From: an uncultured Eubacteriales bacterium
Lineage (GTDB): Bacteria > Bacillota > Clostridia > TANB77 > CAG-508
Length of the DNA: 64,000 bases
Assembly: GCA_905203305.1 (NCBI GenBank)
Contig: CAJKVH010000001.1
Span: 79,069-143,068, forward strand
Direction: 5' to 3'
Shown: piece after piece, positions 1 to 10,160 of the stretch
How positions within the stretch are numbered: position 1 is the first letter of the stretch
Layout of the letters: every line of letters starts with the position of its first letter
Program-made: the position numbers and the translations under genes
The notes under the pieces: model-generated
Databases searched by the model: none
Told to the model about the DNA's origin: nothing
Seen by the model: the letters and a program-made list of their open reading frames with translations, nothing else

Positions 1-489
1 TGCAAATGCTAATCCTATTGTATTATATTGCTCCTTAGGTTCTGTATATCCCATATGCCAACGAATTGCATATTTTTCTTCTGGTGAAAGTTTTATGTAT
101 TCTGTTATCATCATTACTGATTTTTCTCCATGTCCATAAGGAATTTGATCATCTACTGTATAATATGGTACTTTTTCCCATATTCCTAAGGCATTTTTTG
201 CATTTCTATAATCTATTTTATAAAAATTTGCTTTGCATAAATCATGTAATAAGGCTATTAATATTACAGATTCTGCTGGGGTTTTTATTTCTATACATGC
301 ATTTTTTACTTTTTCTTTTAATATTTCATATACTTTCAAACTGTGTTCTACTAGTCCATGTTCTCTGCTTCCATGAAAACGTGTGCTTGCTGGTGCATCA
401 AAAAAGTCTGTTTTGTTTATGAAGTCTATTAATTCTTCTATATTTTCTCTGTTTGTGCTTCTTAATAGTCTTATAAATTCTTCTTTCAT
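1..489 (-). CDS. HD-domain phosphohydrolase; ATG at 487-489, 3' end truncated by the window edge
   Basis: The minus-strand translation reads MKEEFIRLL...HGSREHGLVEHSLKV...LLHDLCKA, showing H..HD metal-binding motifs. Its start overlaps the sigH stop in an ATGA arrangement. Confidence 0.5.
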   Translation of the reverse strand, partial: MKEEFIRLLRSTNRENIEELIDFINKTDFFDAPASTRFHGSREHGLVEHSLKVYEILKEKVKNACIEIKTPAESVILIALLHDLCKANFYKIDYRNAKNALGIWEKVPYYTVDDQIPYGHGEKSVMMITEYIKLSPEEKYAIRWHMGYTEPKEQYNTIGLAFA

Positions 490-1151
490 TTGTCATTTTC
501 TCCTTCTTCTAATTTTTTCTTTATTTTTGCCGCTTTTTTTCTTACTCTTTGGATTGCTGTATCTACTGATTTTACTTTGCTTTCAAGTTTGTTTGCTATC
601 TCTAAATATGTTTCTCCATTTCTGTAATGAACTAGAACTTTTTTTTCAAAATCACTTAGACTGTCATCAATTGCTTTTTCTATAACTGTGTAATATTCTT
701 TTTTTGTTATTATGTCTAATGGATCTTCTCCTGTTTTTCTTGTGTCTAATATTTCCATAACTTCTGTATCATCATTTTCATCATATGCTCCCGAATTTAA
801 TGATAATGATGAATTTAGTGGAATGTGTTTTTGTCTATTTGAATTTTTTACAGCTGTTATCATTTGTCTTTCTATACATATTCCTGCAAATGTTTTAAAT
901 GAATTTTGTTTTTGCTCATCAAATGATTTTACTGCTTTATATAGTCCGATATAGCCCTCTTGTAGCATATCTTCTTTTTCTGCTCCTACCATGAAAAATT
1001 TATTTGCTTTCATTCCTACTATATCTTTATATCTATCTATTAAACAATCTAATGCTAAATTGTTTTTATTTTTGGATATTTCTTGTAGTAAATTTTCATC
1101 TGTCATTTGTTGGTATTTTTCTTCAAAAAAGTTCTGATTTATGTCTGACAT
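486..1151 (-). CDS. sigH: Sporulation sigma factor SigH-like (sigma-70 family)
   Basis: The protein is 221 aa and carries GYIGLYKAVKSFD and RQKHIPLNS motifs matching Bacillus SigH regions 2 to 4. Confidence 0.6.
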   Translation of the reverse strand: MSDINQNFFEEKYQQMTDENLLQEISKNKNNLALDCLIDRYKDIVGMKANKFFMVGAEKEDMLQEGYIGLYKAVKSFDEQKQNSFKTFAGICIERQMITAVKNSNRQKHIPLNSSLSLNSGAYDENDDTEVMEILDTRKTGEDPLDIITKKEYYTVIEKAIDDSLSDFEKKVLVHYRNGETYLEIANKLESKVKSVDTAIQRVRKKAAKIKKKLEEGENDK

Positions 1152-1193
1152 TTATTGCTCCTTTTGTTTTGTTATTTTCATAAAACAATTATA

Positions 1194-1985
1194 TTAATTA
1201 ATCGTAGTAAAGTCAAGGCTTCCTGTTAATTTTAAAATATTTTTTGCCTTATTTTCAAAATCTTTTTCTTCTTTTGTTATTCTAATCTTTGATGGTATTT
1301 TTTCGTCTTTGTTTTCCATATCATTTTTTGAAAGATATGTTTTTATTTTTTGTGCAACTGCCATGCCTGTGTTTATTAATGTAATATTGTTTGAAAATTC
1401 TTTTTTTATTATCTCATCATATATTGGATAATGTGTACATCCAAGAATTAATGTATCTACATTTTTTGTTTTAAATATTTCCATATATTCATGTACAGCT
1501 TCTATGCTTTCTTTTGACTTTGCCTTTCCTTCTTCTGCTATACTTGCTAGCAATGGGCAAGCCTTATTTACAACTTCTATATATGGCATTTCCTCTTTTA
1601 GGCTCTTTTCCCAAGCTCCGCTTCTTATTGTTCCTGTTGTTGCAATTACTCCAACCTTTTTTATACACATTTGTTTTACATAGTCTGCTGTTGGCTTAAT
1701 TATTCCAATTATTGGAATAGAAAATATTTCTTTCATTTCTTTTAAAGCTTGACTTGTTGCTGTGCCACATGCAATAACTACCATTTTTACATTTTGTGAT
1801 ATTAAATATTCTATGTTTTTCCTTGAATATTTTATAATTTCTTCTTTGCTTTTTTCTCCATAAGGGAAATTTAAGGTATCTCCTAAATATATAAAATTTT
1901 CTTTTGGCAGAACTTCTTCTAGTTTTTTTAATACTGTTAATCCACCTATTCCAGAGTCAAATACTCCTATTGGTCTTTTGTCCAT
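1194..1985 (-). CDS. murI: Glutamate racemase
   Basis: The protein is 263 aa with the motifs VFDSGIGGLTV, VIACGTAT and LGCTHYP. Confidence 0.85.
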   Translation of the reverse strand: MDKRPIGVFDSGIGGLTVLKKLEEVLPKENFIYLGDTLNFPYGEKSKEEIIKYSRKNIEYLISQNVKMVVIACGTATSQALKEMKEIFSIPIIGIIKPTADYVKQMCIKKVGVIATTGTIRSGAWEKSLKEEMPYIEVVNKACPLLASIAEEGKAKSKESIEAVHEYMEIFKTKNVDTLILGCTHYPIYDEIIKKEFSNNITLINTGMAVAQKIKTYLSKNDMENKDEKIPSKIRITKEEKDFENKAKNILKLTGSLDFTTIN

Positions 1986-2001
1986 TTTGTTTTCCTCTTT
2001 C

Positions 2002-3645
2002 TTATTTTACAATTTCATAAATCACAAAATTATTATCTGAATATATTTTATTATAATTTTCTGGTTCTGTTTCATCTATTATCATTCTAACTTTCGCGTT
2101 TTTGTATAAAATTACATGTGTTATTCCATATTTTTCAAATGTATTTCCATAATATTCACCTAAGTTTGATGTATTTATAAAATCCATAAATATGTCTTGT
2201 TTTCCGTTAAATTCTGGTGCATATAAGTCTGCTCTCGAATCTATAAACACTGGTATTCCTCTATATAGTAAGTAACTTCCATAGTTATATTCATTAAATA
2301 ATTTTATGTTTTTAACATCTAAATTTTCTAAGATCCAATCTGCTGCTTTTACAGGATATGAACTTTCACTTACATAACTATTATTTTTCTTTTTATCTAT
2401 AAATTTTAGTCCATAAATTACCGCTAAGATTGCAACTAATATTCCAATAACAGCTATTATTTGTTTTATTACAATATCAATTTTGTCTTTAGAATAAATT
2501 TTTATTGCTTCAGTTGTCATCCTATTTAGTATAATTGATCCTATTATTACAAACATTGTTGATTGTCTTTTTGATGAAAACATTAAATAAGTAAGCCCAC
2601 CAATCATAAATAAATCTGATAATCTGATTTTTACTTTTGTAAATGTTACAAGAGATAGTACAATTACTATTGTACACATAATAGGAATATTTTTTATAAG
2701 TGTTAATGGTAAATGTTCATTTATGTTATTTACTGTATTTCCTTGCATTGTTTTTATTAAGTATGTATACGGTGTTGTTCCAAGTGGTGTTAAAAATCCT
2801 GTTAAAGCACATATTGCCATTACTAAAATAAGCCATTTTACATTTTTATTTAGTTTCATTCTTATTTTGTATGGTTCTTCTTCTTCTATTACTTTTTTTA
2901 TTTTTTCATTACTTTCATAAATTTTATCTAATTCTTCTTGTGCTTTTTTTACCTTTTCTTCGTTTTTACATTTTTTTATTACATGTTTTTTGTATGCTAT
3001 TGTTCCTTTTCTATATACTACAACTTCGGCAATCAAACTTATTATATATTCTGCAATGTATGGAAGTGCTATTATAAATATAAAAGGCCAAACTGCTACA
3101 TGTAAATTTGCAATTAATATTGACGACAAAATTATTCCTATTGCATACTGGATTTTTTTAGGATTTTCTATGAATTTTTCTATAAAATATATTACCCATA
3201 CATATATTATAAATGTTAAAAGCTGTGCTCTTGCTGCTATATAGTCTTTTAGTAAATACATTGCTCCAATTGTTACTGCAAATGATATAATCTGATTTTT
3301 ATTTAATTTTTTATTTACAATATATATTGAAAATCCAAGTATTATGGACATTATACATACTGATAAATATATTCCTTTCCAACTTCCAATATTATATATT
3401 ATACTCATAAATACATCATATAACCAATGTGGATATGTATATGGTAAATCTTTATGCCACGAAAAATGATCCTTCATATCTATTCCATTTTCCATTATTA
3501 AGTTTCCAATTGATACTGTGTAAAATGTATCATTTTGTAATGTTTTTGGTGCTACACTAAAACTAAATAAAGCAATTAATATGGCTATAATAATTCCCAC
3601 AATTATATTTTTCTTTTCTTTTAATTTTTTTAATATTTCTTTCAT
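2002..3645 (-). CDS. Polytopic membrane protein with a C-terminal extracytoplasmic domain (glycosyltransferase/YfhO-like?)
   Basis: The 547-aa product has many predicted TM helices, a K/E-rich loop and a C-terminal soluble domain. Family assignment is uncertain. Confidence 0.35.
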   Translation of the reverse strand: MKEILKKLKEKKNIIVGIIIAILIALFSFSVAPKTLQNDTFYTVSIGNLIMENGIDMKDHFSWHKDLPYTYPHWLYDVFMSIIYNIGSWKGIYLSVCIMSIILGFSIYIVNKKLNKNQIISFAVTIGAMYLLKDYIAARAQLLTFIIYVWVIYFIEKFIENPKKIQYAIGIILSSILIANLHVAVWPFIFIIALPYIAEYIISLIAEVVVYRKGTIAYKKHVIKKCKNEEKVKKAQEELDKIYESNEKIKKVIEEEEPYKIRMKLNKNVKWLILVMAICALTGFLTPLGTTPYTYLIKTMQGNTVNNINEHLPLTLIKNIPIMCTIVIVLSLVTFTKVKIRLSDLFMIGGLTYLMFSSKRQSTMFVIIGSIILNRMTTEAIKIYSKDKIDIVIKQIIAVIGILVAILAVIYGLKFIDKKKNNSYVSESSYPVKAADWILENLDVKNIKLFNEYNYGSYLLYRGIPVFIDSRADLYAPEFNGKQDIFMDFINTSNLGEYYGNTFEKYGITHVILYKNAKVRMIIDETEPENYNKIYSDNNFVIYEIVK

Positions 3646-3717
3646 AGAAAAATCCTTTCTCCTTTAATTAGAAAATGATTTACACAAAAATCTCAGCTTT
3701 TGTGTAAATCTTTATTA

Positions 3718-4182
3718 TTATTTTTCGCTTGTTGAACCGAATCCGCCTTTTCTTACACCTGTTGCATTGTCATTATCTACAACTAAGTATTTAGAAAACA
3801 TTGCTTGTCCAATTGCATCTCCTTTTTTTATTACTAAATCTTCATCTTTTAAATTTATTAATGAAAACATTATATGTCCATCATTTGATTCGTTTTCATA
3901 GTAATCTCCATCTATTACTCCTACATTGTTTGATAACATTATTCCTTTTTTAGGAAATCCTGAACTTTTTGCAAATAAATATAACACTTCGTCTTCCATC
4001 ATATAAGCTTTTAAACCTGTTGCTACAAGTGTAGGTTTCATACCTTTTTTAAAACTTGGTACAACTACGTCTTCTGCCGCTTCTATATCATATGCTGCAG
4101 AACATCTTGTTTTTCTTTCTGGTAAATTTATTCCTTTATTTTCAAATCCTTTTGCAATTTCAAATCCTCTTACTTTTTCCAT
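3718..4182 (-). CDS. dut: dUTP diphosphatase
   Basis: The protein is 154 aa and carries the dUTPase motifs GVIDGDY and RKGGFGSTS. Confidence 0.8.
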   Translation of the reverse strand: MEKVRGFEIAKGFENKGINLPERKTRCSAAYDIEAAEDVVVPSFKKGMKPTLVATGLKAYMMEDEVLYLFAKSSGFPKKGIMLSNNVGVIDGDYYENESNDGHIMFSLINLKDEDLVIKKGDAIGQAMFSKYLVVDNDNATGVRKGGFGSTSEK

Positions 4183-4238
4183 TTTTCTTCTTTCCTTTCT
4201 TAATCTGTACTTTTTTCTTCTATTTTTTATACCAATAT

Positions 4239-5193
4239 TTAGAATTTGTCAACAATATTTTTAGCATCTAATCCATAATATTTAATTAATTCTTCTGCTT
4301 TTCCTGATCTTCCAAATTCGTCTTTTATTCCTATTCTTTCTAACTTTGCTGGATAATAATTTGTTAATACTTCTGAAATTGCAGATCCAAGGCCTCCTAT
4401 TATATTATGATCTTCTATTGATATTAATCTTTTTGTTTCTTTAGCGCATTTTATTATCATTTCTTCATCTATTGGTTTTATTGTATGAACATCTATAACT
4501 CTTACATATATTTTTTTCTTTTCTAATTCTTCTTTTGCCTTTATTGCTTCTGATACTACATCTCCTGTTGCAAATATTGTAGCATCAGTTCCCTCTCCTA
4601 TTTGAATCATTTTTCCGAATTCAAATTTCTGATTTTCTTCATATATTATAGGTGTTGCAAGCCTTGATAATCTTACATATACAGGGCCTACTTGTTTATA
4701 TGCTTCTTCTATTGCCCATTTTGTTTCTATATCATCTGATGGGCTTATTACTTTCATGTTTGGAAGAGTTCTCATCATACTTATATCTTCTAACATTTGA
4801 TGTGTTGCTCCATCTTCACCTACCGTTATTCCTGCATGTGTTGCACAAATTTTTACATCTAAGTTTGGATAACATATACTATTTCTTATTTGATCATAAC
4901 TTCTTCCTGCTGCAAATACCGCAAATGTACTTGCAAATGGCACTTTACCAGTTGATGCTAAACCGAGCAGCTGTGCTCATCATATTTGCTTCTGCTATTC
5001 CCATATCAAAAAATCTATCTGGATATTTCTTTGCAAAATTTATTGTTTTTGTAGCTGTTGCTAAATCTGCATCTAAAACTACAATATTGGGATATTTTTC
5101 TCCTATTTTTTCTAGTGTTTCTCCATAACTTTGCCTTGTGGCTTTTTTCTCATCTCTCATATTTTTTGTCCTTTCTAATCGACTTTTTTCCAT
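4239..5193 (-). pseudogene. Transketolase C-terminal subunit (pyrimidine-binding plus C-terminal domains), disrupted by a single +1 frameshift
   Basis: Two ORFs (4945..5193 and 4239..4943) join to read [31 protein letters not shown] if one extra C is removed at plus-strand ccg 4963-4965. Confidence 0.7.
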
Positions 5194-5777
5194 TCTCCTT
5201 TGAATTCATAGTAATATTCAGTTTTATCATCTATACAGTTCTTTTTATATGCTTCTTTTAAATATTTTTTATCTAGTATTTTTTCTAGCCCATTTTCTTT
5301 TAAATTTAAAAATACTTCTTCTAAAAAGTTCTCTATCTTGGGATTTACTATTATTCTTTTCTTTTCCTTTATCCAATATTCGTATTCTGAACTATTTGTC
5401 CAATTTTTTCCATTATATGTTATACTTGCAGATAATTTATCACATATCATCTCTGCCATATATTTATATGGTATTACTGGTGCAACCCCTTTGGTTCCTA
5501 AGTCTACCCAGTATTGTACATGATGTTTATTTCTTCCTTTATGGTGTAACCATGCTTTTGAATATCCATTTTCTTTCTTACATTTTGTAATTGGACTTAC
5601 TTTTCCATCATAGTATTTTACACTTTCCCAAAATTCATCATATGAAAATTTTGATAAATCATGCATAAGTCCCCTAAATGGTATTCCAAGTTTTACACTA
5701 AATTTAAAAACTAACCATTTATGTTTACTTACTAATTTAATGTGTTTAAAAAAATTTGATACAATATTTTTTGACAT
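5175..5777 (-). CDS. Hypothetical protein (His-rich, possible HD-type hydrolase)
   Basis: This is a 200-aa ORF with LMHDLSK and HHKGRNKHH motifs. No confident family was assigned. Confidence 0.3.
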   Translation of the reverse strand: MSKNIVSNFFKHIKLVSKHKWLVFKFSVKLGIPFRGLMHDLSKFSYDEFWESVKYYDGKVSPITKCKKENGYSKAWLHHKGRNKHHVQYWVDLGTKGVAPVIPYKYMAEMICDKLSASITYNGKNWTNSSEYEYWIKEKKRIIVNPKIENFLEEVFLNLKENGLEKILDKKYLKEAYKKNCIDDKTEYYYEFKGEWKKVD

Positions 5778-5917
5778 TTAAAAAACCTTCTTTTCTTACA
5801 TATATTTTTTTGAACTCTATCTATTAAACCACATTTTCTGCAATTTAGCAATGTTTTTGACTTTTTTATTTTTTGATGTTATAATTTTATTTGAATTTTT
5901 TTAAAGAGGTATTAAAT

Positions 5918-6376
5918 ATGTCTAGTAATACAAAATTAATTGCTAAAAATCCTAATGCATATCATAATTATGACATTGTGGATAAAATTGAATGTGGAAT
6001 TGTTTTAACTGGAACTGAAATAAAATCAATTCGAAAAGGAAAGGTTAATTTAAAAGATTCTTTTGCAAATATTAAAAACGGTGAATGTTTTGCAATTGGA
6101 ATTCATATTAGCCCTTATGAATTCGGAAATATTTTTAATAAAGATCCTTTGCGTGATAGAAAACTTTTACTTAATAGATCTGAAATTAATAAATTGATTG
6201 GTAAAGTTCAAACTAAAGGTTATTCTTTAGTTCCTATAAGTTTATATTTTAAAGGTAGCTTGGTTAAACTTGAACTTGGTATTGGTAAAGGAAAAAAATT
6301 GTATGATAAACGTGCTGATATTGCTAAAAAAGATGCTGAAAGACGTATGCAAATAGCTATGAAAGGGAACTATTAA
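5918..6376 (+). CDS. smpB: SsrA-binding protein SmpB
   Basis: The RBS AAAGAGG precedes the ATG at 5918. The sequence matches SmpB ([22 protein letters not shown]). The upstream ATG at 5891 lacks an RBS. Confidence 0.85.
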   Translation: MSSNTKLIAKNPNAYHNYDIVDKIECGIVLTGTEIKSIRKGKVNLKDSFANIKNGECFAIGIHISPYEFGNIFNKDPLRDRKLLLNRSEINKLIGKVQTKGYSLVPISLYFKGSLVKLELGIGKGKKLYDKRADIAKKDAERRMQIAMKGNY

Positions 6377-7371
6377 TGTTCTTCTCCTTCATAGCTTTGT
6401 TTTTTTTCTTTTTCTATAATCATTTTTTTATTTTTTCTTTCTTTAAAGCCATCTGTTTTTTCTAGCAGTTCATCTTTAAATAATTGTATATATGTTCTTT
6501 CTTCTTCTGAATATACATAATAAATTGGTTCGTCATTTGTTTTTATTTCTATAACAGATAAAACTTCTACTTCTTTTTCTTTTTCTTTTTCTTTATGTTT
6601 TATAAATTCGTATGTTTCAAATTTTTTGCTTTCAAATTTATCTAACACTGATGCTGAAAATAAATATTTATAAAATTTTTTCATTTCATCAGGTCCTGCT
6701 GTTTTATCTCTAAATTTTATCAGTTGACTTATGTAATATAGTTTATTTTTCAGTATTTCGTCTCTTGTTAAGTTTTCTGTTTCTATTCCTTTATCTTTTA
6801 AGAAATTTAAAAAATTATTTGTGTTTTTCACTTCATTTGATATTAGTTTAAATACATAGTCATTGTAATCATATCTTATAATTTTTAGTTTTTTATCTAT
6901 TTTTCTTAGCTCTTCACTTGACACTTTTTTTACATTTTTAGCTTCTTCATATAAATTTTTTTGTATCCCAAAAAATGCTGGTCTTAACCCATATTTACAG
7001 TTTTCTATATCTCCTACTATATTTACAAATATTGGGTTTTCTTCTTCATCATAAAAAATTAGTGCTGTATCATCTACATCTATTGTTCTTTTTACTTTTG
7101 ATTTTTTATATATTATTTTTGCTTTTATATTTAGTTCTTGTAATAATGCAAAATAAATTTTATTTATTGTACGGCATACAACTCTTGTATCCTCGTCTTT
7201 TCTTATGTCTATATCTTTATAATATATTTCTTCCATAATTTTAGGATCTTTTCCATAAGCAAATCTTTCGTCGTATGATACTATTTTACATATTCTATCA
7301 TACAAAAATCTTGCTTTTTCTATTATTGTCCAATTTTCATCCACTTCTTTTAATAAATCTATATACACCAT
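6373..7371 (-). CDS. Hypothetical protein
   Basis: This is a 332-aa ORF with coding-like composition and no recognisable motif. Confidence 0.35.
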   Translation of the reverse strand: MVYIDLLKEVDENWTIIEKARFLYDRICKIVSYDERFAYGKDPKIMEEIYYKDIDIRKDEDTRVVCRTINKIYFALLQELNIKAKIIYKKSKVKRTIDVDDTALIFYDEEENPIFVNIVGDIENCKYGLRPAFFGIQKNLYEEAKNVKKVSSEELRKIDKKLKIIRYDYNDYVFKLISNEVKNTNNFLNFLKDKGIETENLTRDEILKNKLYYISQLIKFRDKTAGPDEMKKFYKYLFSASVLDKFESKKFETYEFIKHKEKEKEKEVEVLSVIEIKTNDEPIYYVYSEEERTYIQLFKDELLEKTDGFKERKNKKMIIEKEKKQSYEGEEH

Positions 7372-7435
7372 TGTTGCCCTCCAAATAAAAGAACTTAGGC
7401 ATATATTATAACACGCCTAAGTCTTATTATCAACT

Positions 7436-7969
7436 TTATTTAGAAAATTCTACCCATCCAAAATTTTCAGTTACAGGATTGTTTGATTTTACTCTAACTC
7501 CTCCTTCAAAATCTCCGTCTTCAATTTTTTCAATTGATGTAGCATTTTTTGCTATTAGATCTTTTGAAGTAATATTTTTATCTTCATATCCTGTTCCATC
7601 ATAAGTTACTACATATACATCTCCATTTTCATATAGGTTTACTCTGTACATAGAGCTTCCCATAAATCCACTTGGAGATACTTGTTTTTTTACTTTTGTA
7701 GCATTTTCTTGATTTTCTGAATTTGATGTATTGTTTTTTGTTTCATTTGTTTTATTTAATGATGTATTCTCTTCATTCGAATCATTTTCCTCTACATCAT
7801 TTTTTAAAACTTCGTTTTCAACACTTATGTTTTCTGTTTCATTATTTTGGATTTCGTTATTTGCTTTTTCATTATTTTTTGATACATATACTTCTCCAAC
7901 TATTATTGCTATAATAATAATTGCAATTATAAAAATTATTTTTTTCTTCATAATCTTTTTTCCTATCAT
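7436..7969 (-). CDS. Hypothetical membrane-anchored or secreted protein with an N/E-rich low-complexity segment
   Basis: The product has an N-terminal TM or signal segment (IIFIIAIIIIAIIV) followed by an N/E-rich linker. Confidence 0.35.
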   Translation of the reverse strand: MIGKKIMKKKIIFIIAIIIIAIIVGEVYVSKNNEKANNEIQNNETENISVENEVLKNDVEENDSNEENTSLNKTNETKNNTSNSENQENATKVKKQVSPSGFMGSSMYRVNLYENGDVYVVTYDGTGYEDKNITSKDLIAKNATSIEKIEDGDFEGGVRVKSNNPVTENFGWVEFSK

Positions 7970-7998
7970 ATAATTTTATTGGGATTTTTCTTTGCATT

Positions 7999-8928
7999 TT
8001 ATGCTTTGTTACTTGAACCAAATACGTCTCTTATTTTATGTCTTACTGTTTCTGTTATTAAATCCCTTGCTGGAGTTAAATATTTACGAGGATCAAATGC
8101 TGCTGGATCTTCTACAAATACTTTTCTTATTCCTGCTGTCATAGCAAGTCTTAAATCTGTATCAACATTTATTTTAGAAACTCCTGATGTAGCTGCTGTG
8201 TGTAAGATTTCATCTGGAACACCTTTAGCTCCTGGGATATTTGCTCCATATTTATTACATTGTTCAACAAGTTCTGGTATTACTGTTGAAGCTCCATGAA
8301 GTACTATTGGAGTATTTGGGATTCTTTCCTTAACTTCTTTTAATATATCAAAACGAAGTTTTGCTTCTCCTTTGAATTTATATGCCCCATGGCTTGTACC
8401 AATAGCAATAGCTAAAGAATCACATCCTGTTTCTTTAACAAATCTTTCAGCATCTGCTGGATCTGTGTAAATTGCATCATTTGTATCAACTTTTACATCA
8501 TCTTCAATTCCTGCTAATTTACCAATTTCAGCTTCAACCATTACTCCTTTAGAATGAGCATATTCTACAACTTTTTTAGTTAATGCAACATTTTCTTCAA
8601 AACTATATTTAGATCCATCTATCATTACAGATGTAAATCCATTATCTATACACATTTTTGCAGTTTCAAAATCTGGACCATGATCTAAGTGAATTGCAAC
8701 TGGTATTTCTGGATGTTCTTCTGTAGCTGCTTCTACCATTTTCATTAAATAATTTATTCTAGCATATTTTATTGCACTTGATGATGCTTGTAAAATAACA
8801 GGTGATTTTTCAGCAGCTGCTGCATCTACTATAGCTTGTACTATTTCCATGTTATTTACATTAAATGCTCCTATTGCATAATTTTCTTTCATTGATTTTT
8901 CAAACATTTCCTTTGTTGTTACTAACAT
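7999..8928 (-). CDS. fba: Fructose-bisphosphate aldolase, class II
   Basis: The protein is 309 aa with the motifs AIHLDHG, GTSHGAYKF and VLHGAS. Confidence 0.85.
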   Translation of the reverse strand: MLVTTKEMFEKSMKENYAIGAFNVNNMEIVQAIVDAAAAEKSPVILQASSSAIKYARINYLMKMVEAATEEHPEIPVAIHLDHGPDFETAKMCIDNGFTSVMIDGSKYSFEENVALTKKVVEYAHSKGVMVEAEIGKLAGIEDDVKVDTNDAIYTDPADAERFVKETGCDSLAIAIGTSHGAYKFKGEAKLRFDILKEVKERIPNTPIVLHGASTVIPELVEQCNKYGANIPGAKGVPDEILHTAATSGVSKINVDTDLRLAMTAGIRKVFVEDPAAFDPRKYLTPARDLITETVRHKIRDVFGSSNKA

Positions 8929-8955
8929 AAATTCTACCTCCTAATTTTTTTCTTT

Positions 8956-8984
8956 ATTTTATTGCTAAAATTTCAAAATGTCAA
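8956..8984 (-). promoter_or_regulatory. Sigma-A-type promoter for fba (TTGACA, 17 nt, TAAAAT) directly abutting a REP cluster
   Basis: The minus-strand sequence reads TTGACAttttgaaattttagcaaTAAAAT, followed by the RBS AGGAGG and the fba ATG. Confidence 0.45.
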
Positions 8985-9083
8985 TCCCTAAATTTCCCAT
9001 TTGGGGACGGAGTTTTTTCCCATTTGGGGACGGAGTTTTTACGGGGAATTCCCATTTGGGGACGGAGTTTTTACGGGAATTTA
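8985..9083 (+). repeat. REP-like cluster A: 3 tandem about-31-bp units, core CCCATTTGGGGACGGAG
   Basis: The cores lie at 8996, 9019 and 9051. The cluster sits between the splB stop and the fba promoter. Confidence 0.85.
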
Positions 9084-10079
9084 GACAACATATTCTATTT
9101 TATTATTTGAAAAATACTTTTTCATTAGTTCTCTTAAGTATATTTCTGCTTCTTGCCTTACACATGTTTTATAAGCATATTTTCCATTTCCTCTACCTGT
9201 CATAATTTCTCTATCAAACAAATTTATTGCATTAGGAAACGCCTCTTCATTTATTTTTGTGTGCACATAGCTATATGTCATAAATATAATCTCAAAAAAA
9301 GCAGATTTCTTCGCCTTTTCTGACAATTCAACATTTAATTTTTTTATTAAATTTTGATACAATTCTTTCCAATTATCCACTAATATCACAGGTGCAATAA
9401 TTATTCCTATCTTGTATCCCGCTTCTGATAGCTTGTTTATAGCCTCTATTCTTTTATCTAACCTAGATGTTCCAAATTCAACTTTATTTATTATTTCTTC
9501 TGGATTCACACTCATCCTGATTATAATTTTACCATTATGATTTAAAGGCAAAATATCATCTACCATATCAAACTTAGTTGGAAGCGTAAGATATCCTTTT
9601 TTTGCATTTGAAAAATTTTCGATCGTCCAAACAAGATTATTTGTTATTGTGTTTTCTAAAATCAAATCACTATTACTTCCAATCTCAAAAGTCAATTCTT
9701 TATCATTATTATTTGCTGTTTTTATAATTTTTTCTAGCATTTGCTCTCTGTTTACAAACAATCTCAAATATGCACATTTATTATAGTTACACACTAAATA
9801 GCAATACATACACATTGCTGTACATCCTGACGATGTATATGGCACCAGAAAGTCTGATGTCTTGTGATTAGGAACAAATTTATGTGTTTTTCTTATTCCT
9901 ATTATTAAATTTTTCTTAAGTTTCGGAAATTCTGAATTTTCTTTTTTTCTTAATTCTTCAATGTTATTATGGTTTTGAATTATAACCTTTGATATATTTT
10001 CATATTGTTTTAATAACTTTTTTCCTAGCTCAAAATTCTCTATTTCTTTTTCATAATATATTTGATTTGGTATAAACAT
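9081..10079 (-). CDS. splB: Spore photoproduct lyase (radical SAM)
   Basis: The protein is 332 aa with a CxxxCxxC motif (CTAMCMYC). A GGAGGAGG RBS follows a REP unit immediately. Confidence 0.7.
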   Translation of the reverse strand: MFIPNQIYYEKEIENFELGKKLLKQYENISKVIIQNHNNIEELRKKENSEFPKLKKNLIIGIRKTHKFVPNHKTSDFLVPYTSSGCTAMCMYCYLVCNYNKCAYLRLFVNREQMLEKIIKTANNNDKELTFEIGSNSDLILENTITNNLVWTIENFSNAKKGYLTLPTKFDMVDDILPLNHNGKIIIRMSVNPEEIINKVEFGTSRLDKRIEAINKLSEAGYKIGIIIAPVILVDNWKELYQNLIKKLNVELSEKAKKSAFFEIIFMTYSYVHTKINEEAFPNAINLFDREIMTGRGNGKYAYKTCVRQEAEIYLRELMKKYFSNNKIEYVV

Positions 10080-10090
10080 TTTACCTCCTC

Positions 10091-10160
10091 CCTAAATTCC
10101 CATAAAAACTCCGTCCCCAAATGGGAATTCCCCGAAAATCTCCGTCCCCAAATGGGAATT
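10091..10160 (-). repeat. REP-like cluster B: 2 units in inverted orientation (CTCCGTCCCCAAATGGG on the plus strand)
   Basis: The cores lie at 10109 and 10139, between the spoIVB stop and the splB RBS. Confidence 0.85.

Noticed and set aside
5891-5917. Upstream ATG for smpB at 5891
   Set aside because: It has no RBS. The ATG at 5918 is preceded by AAAGAGG and matches SmpB N-termini.
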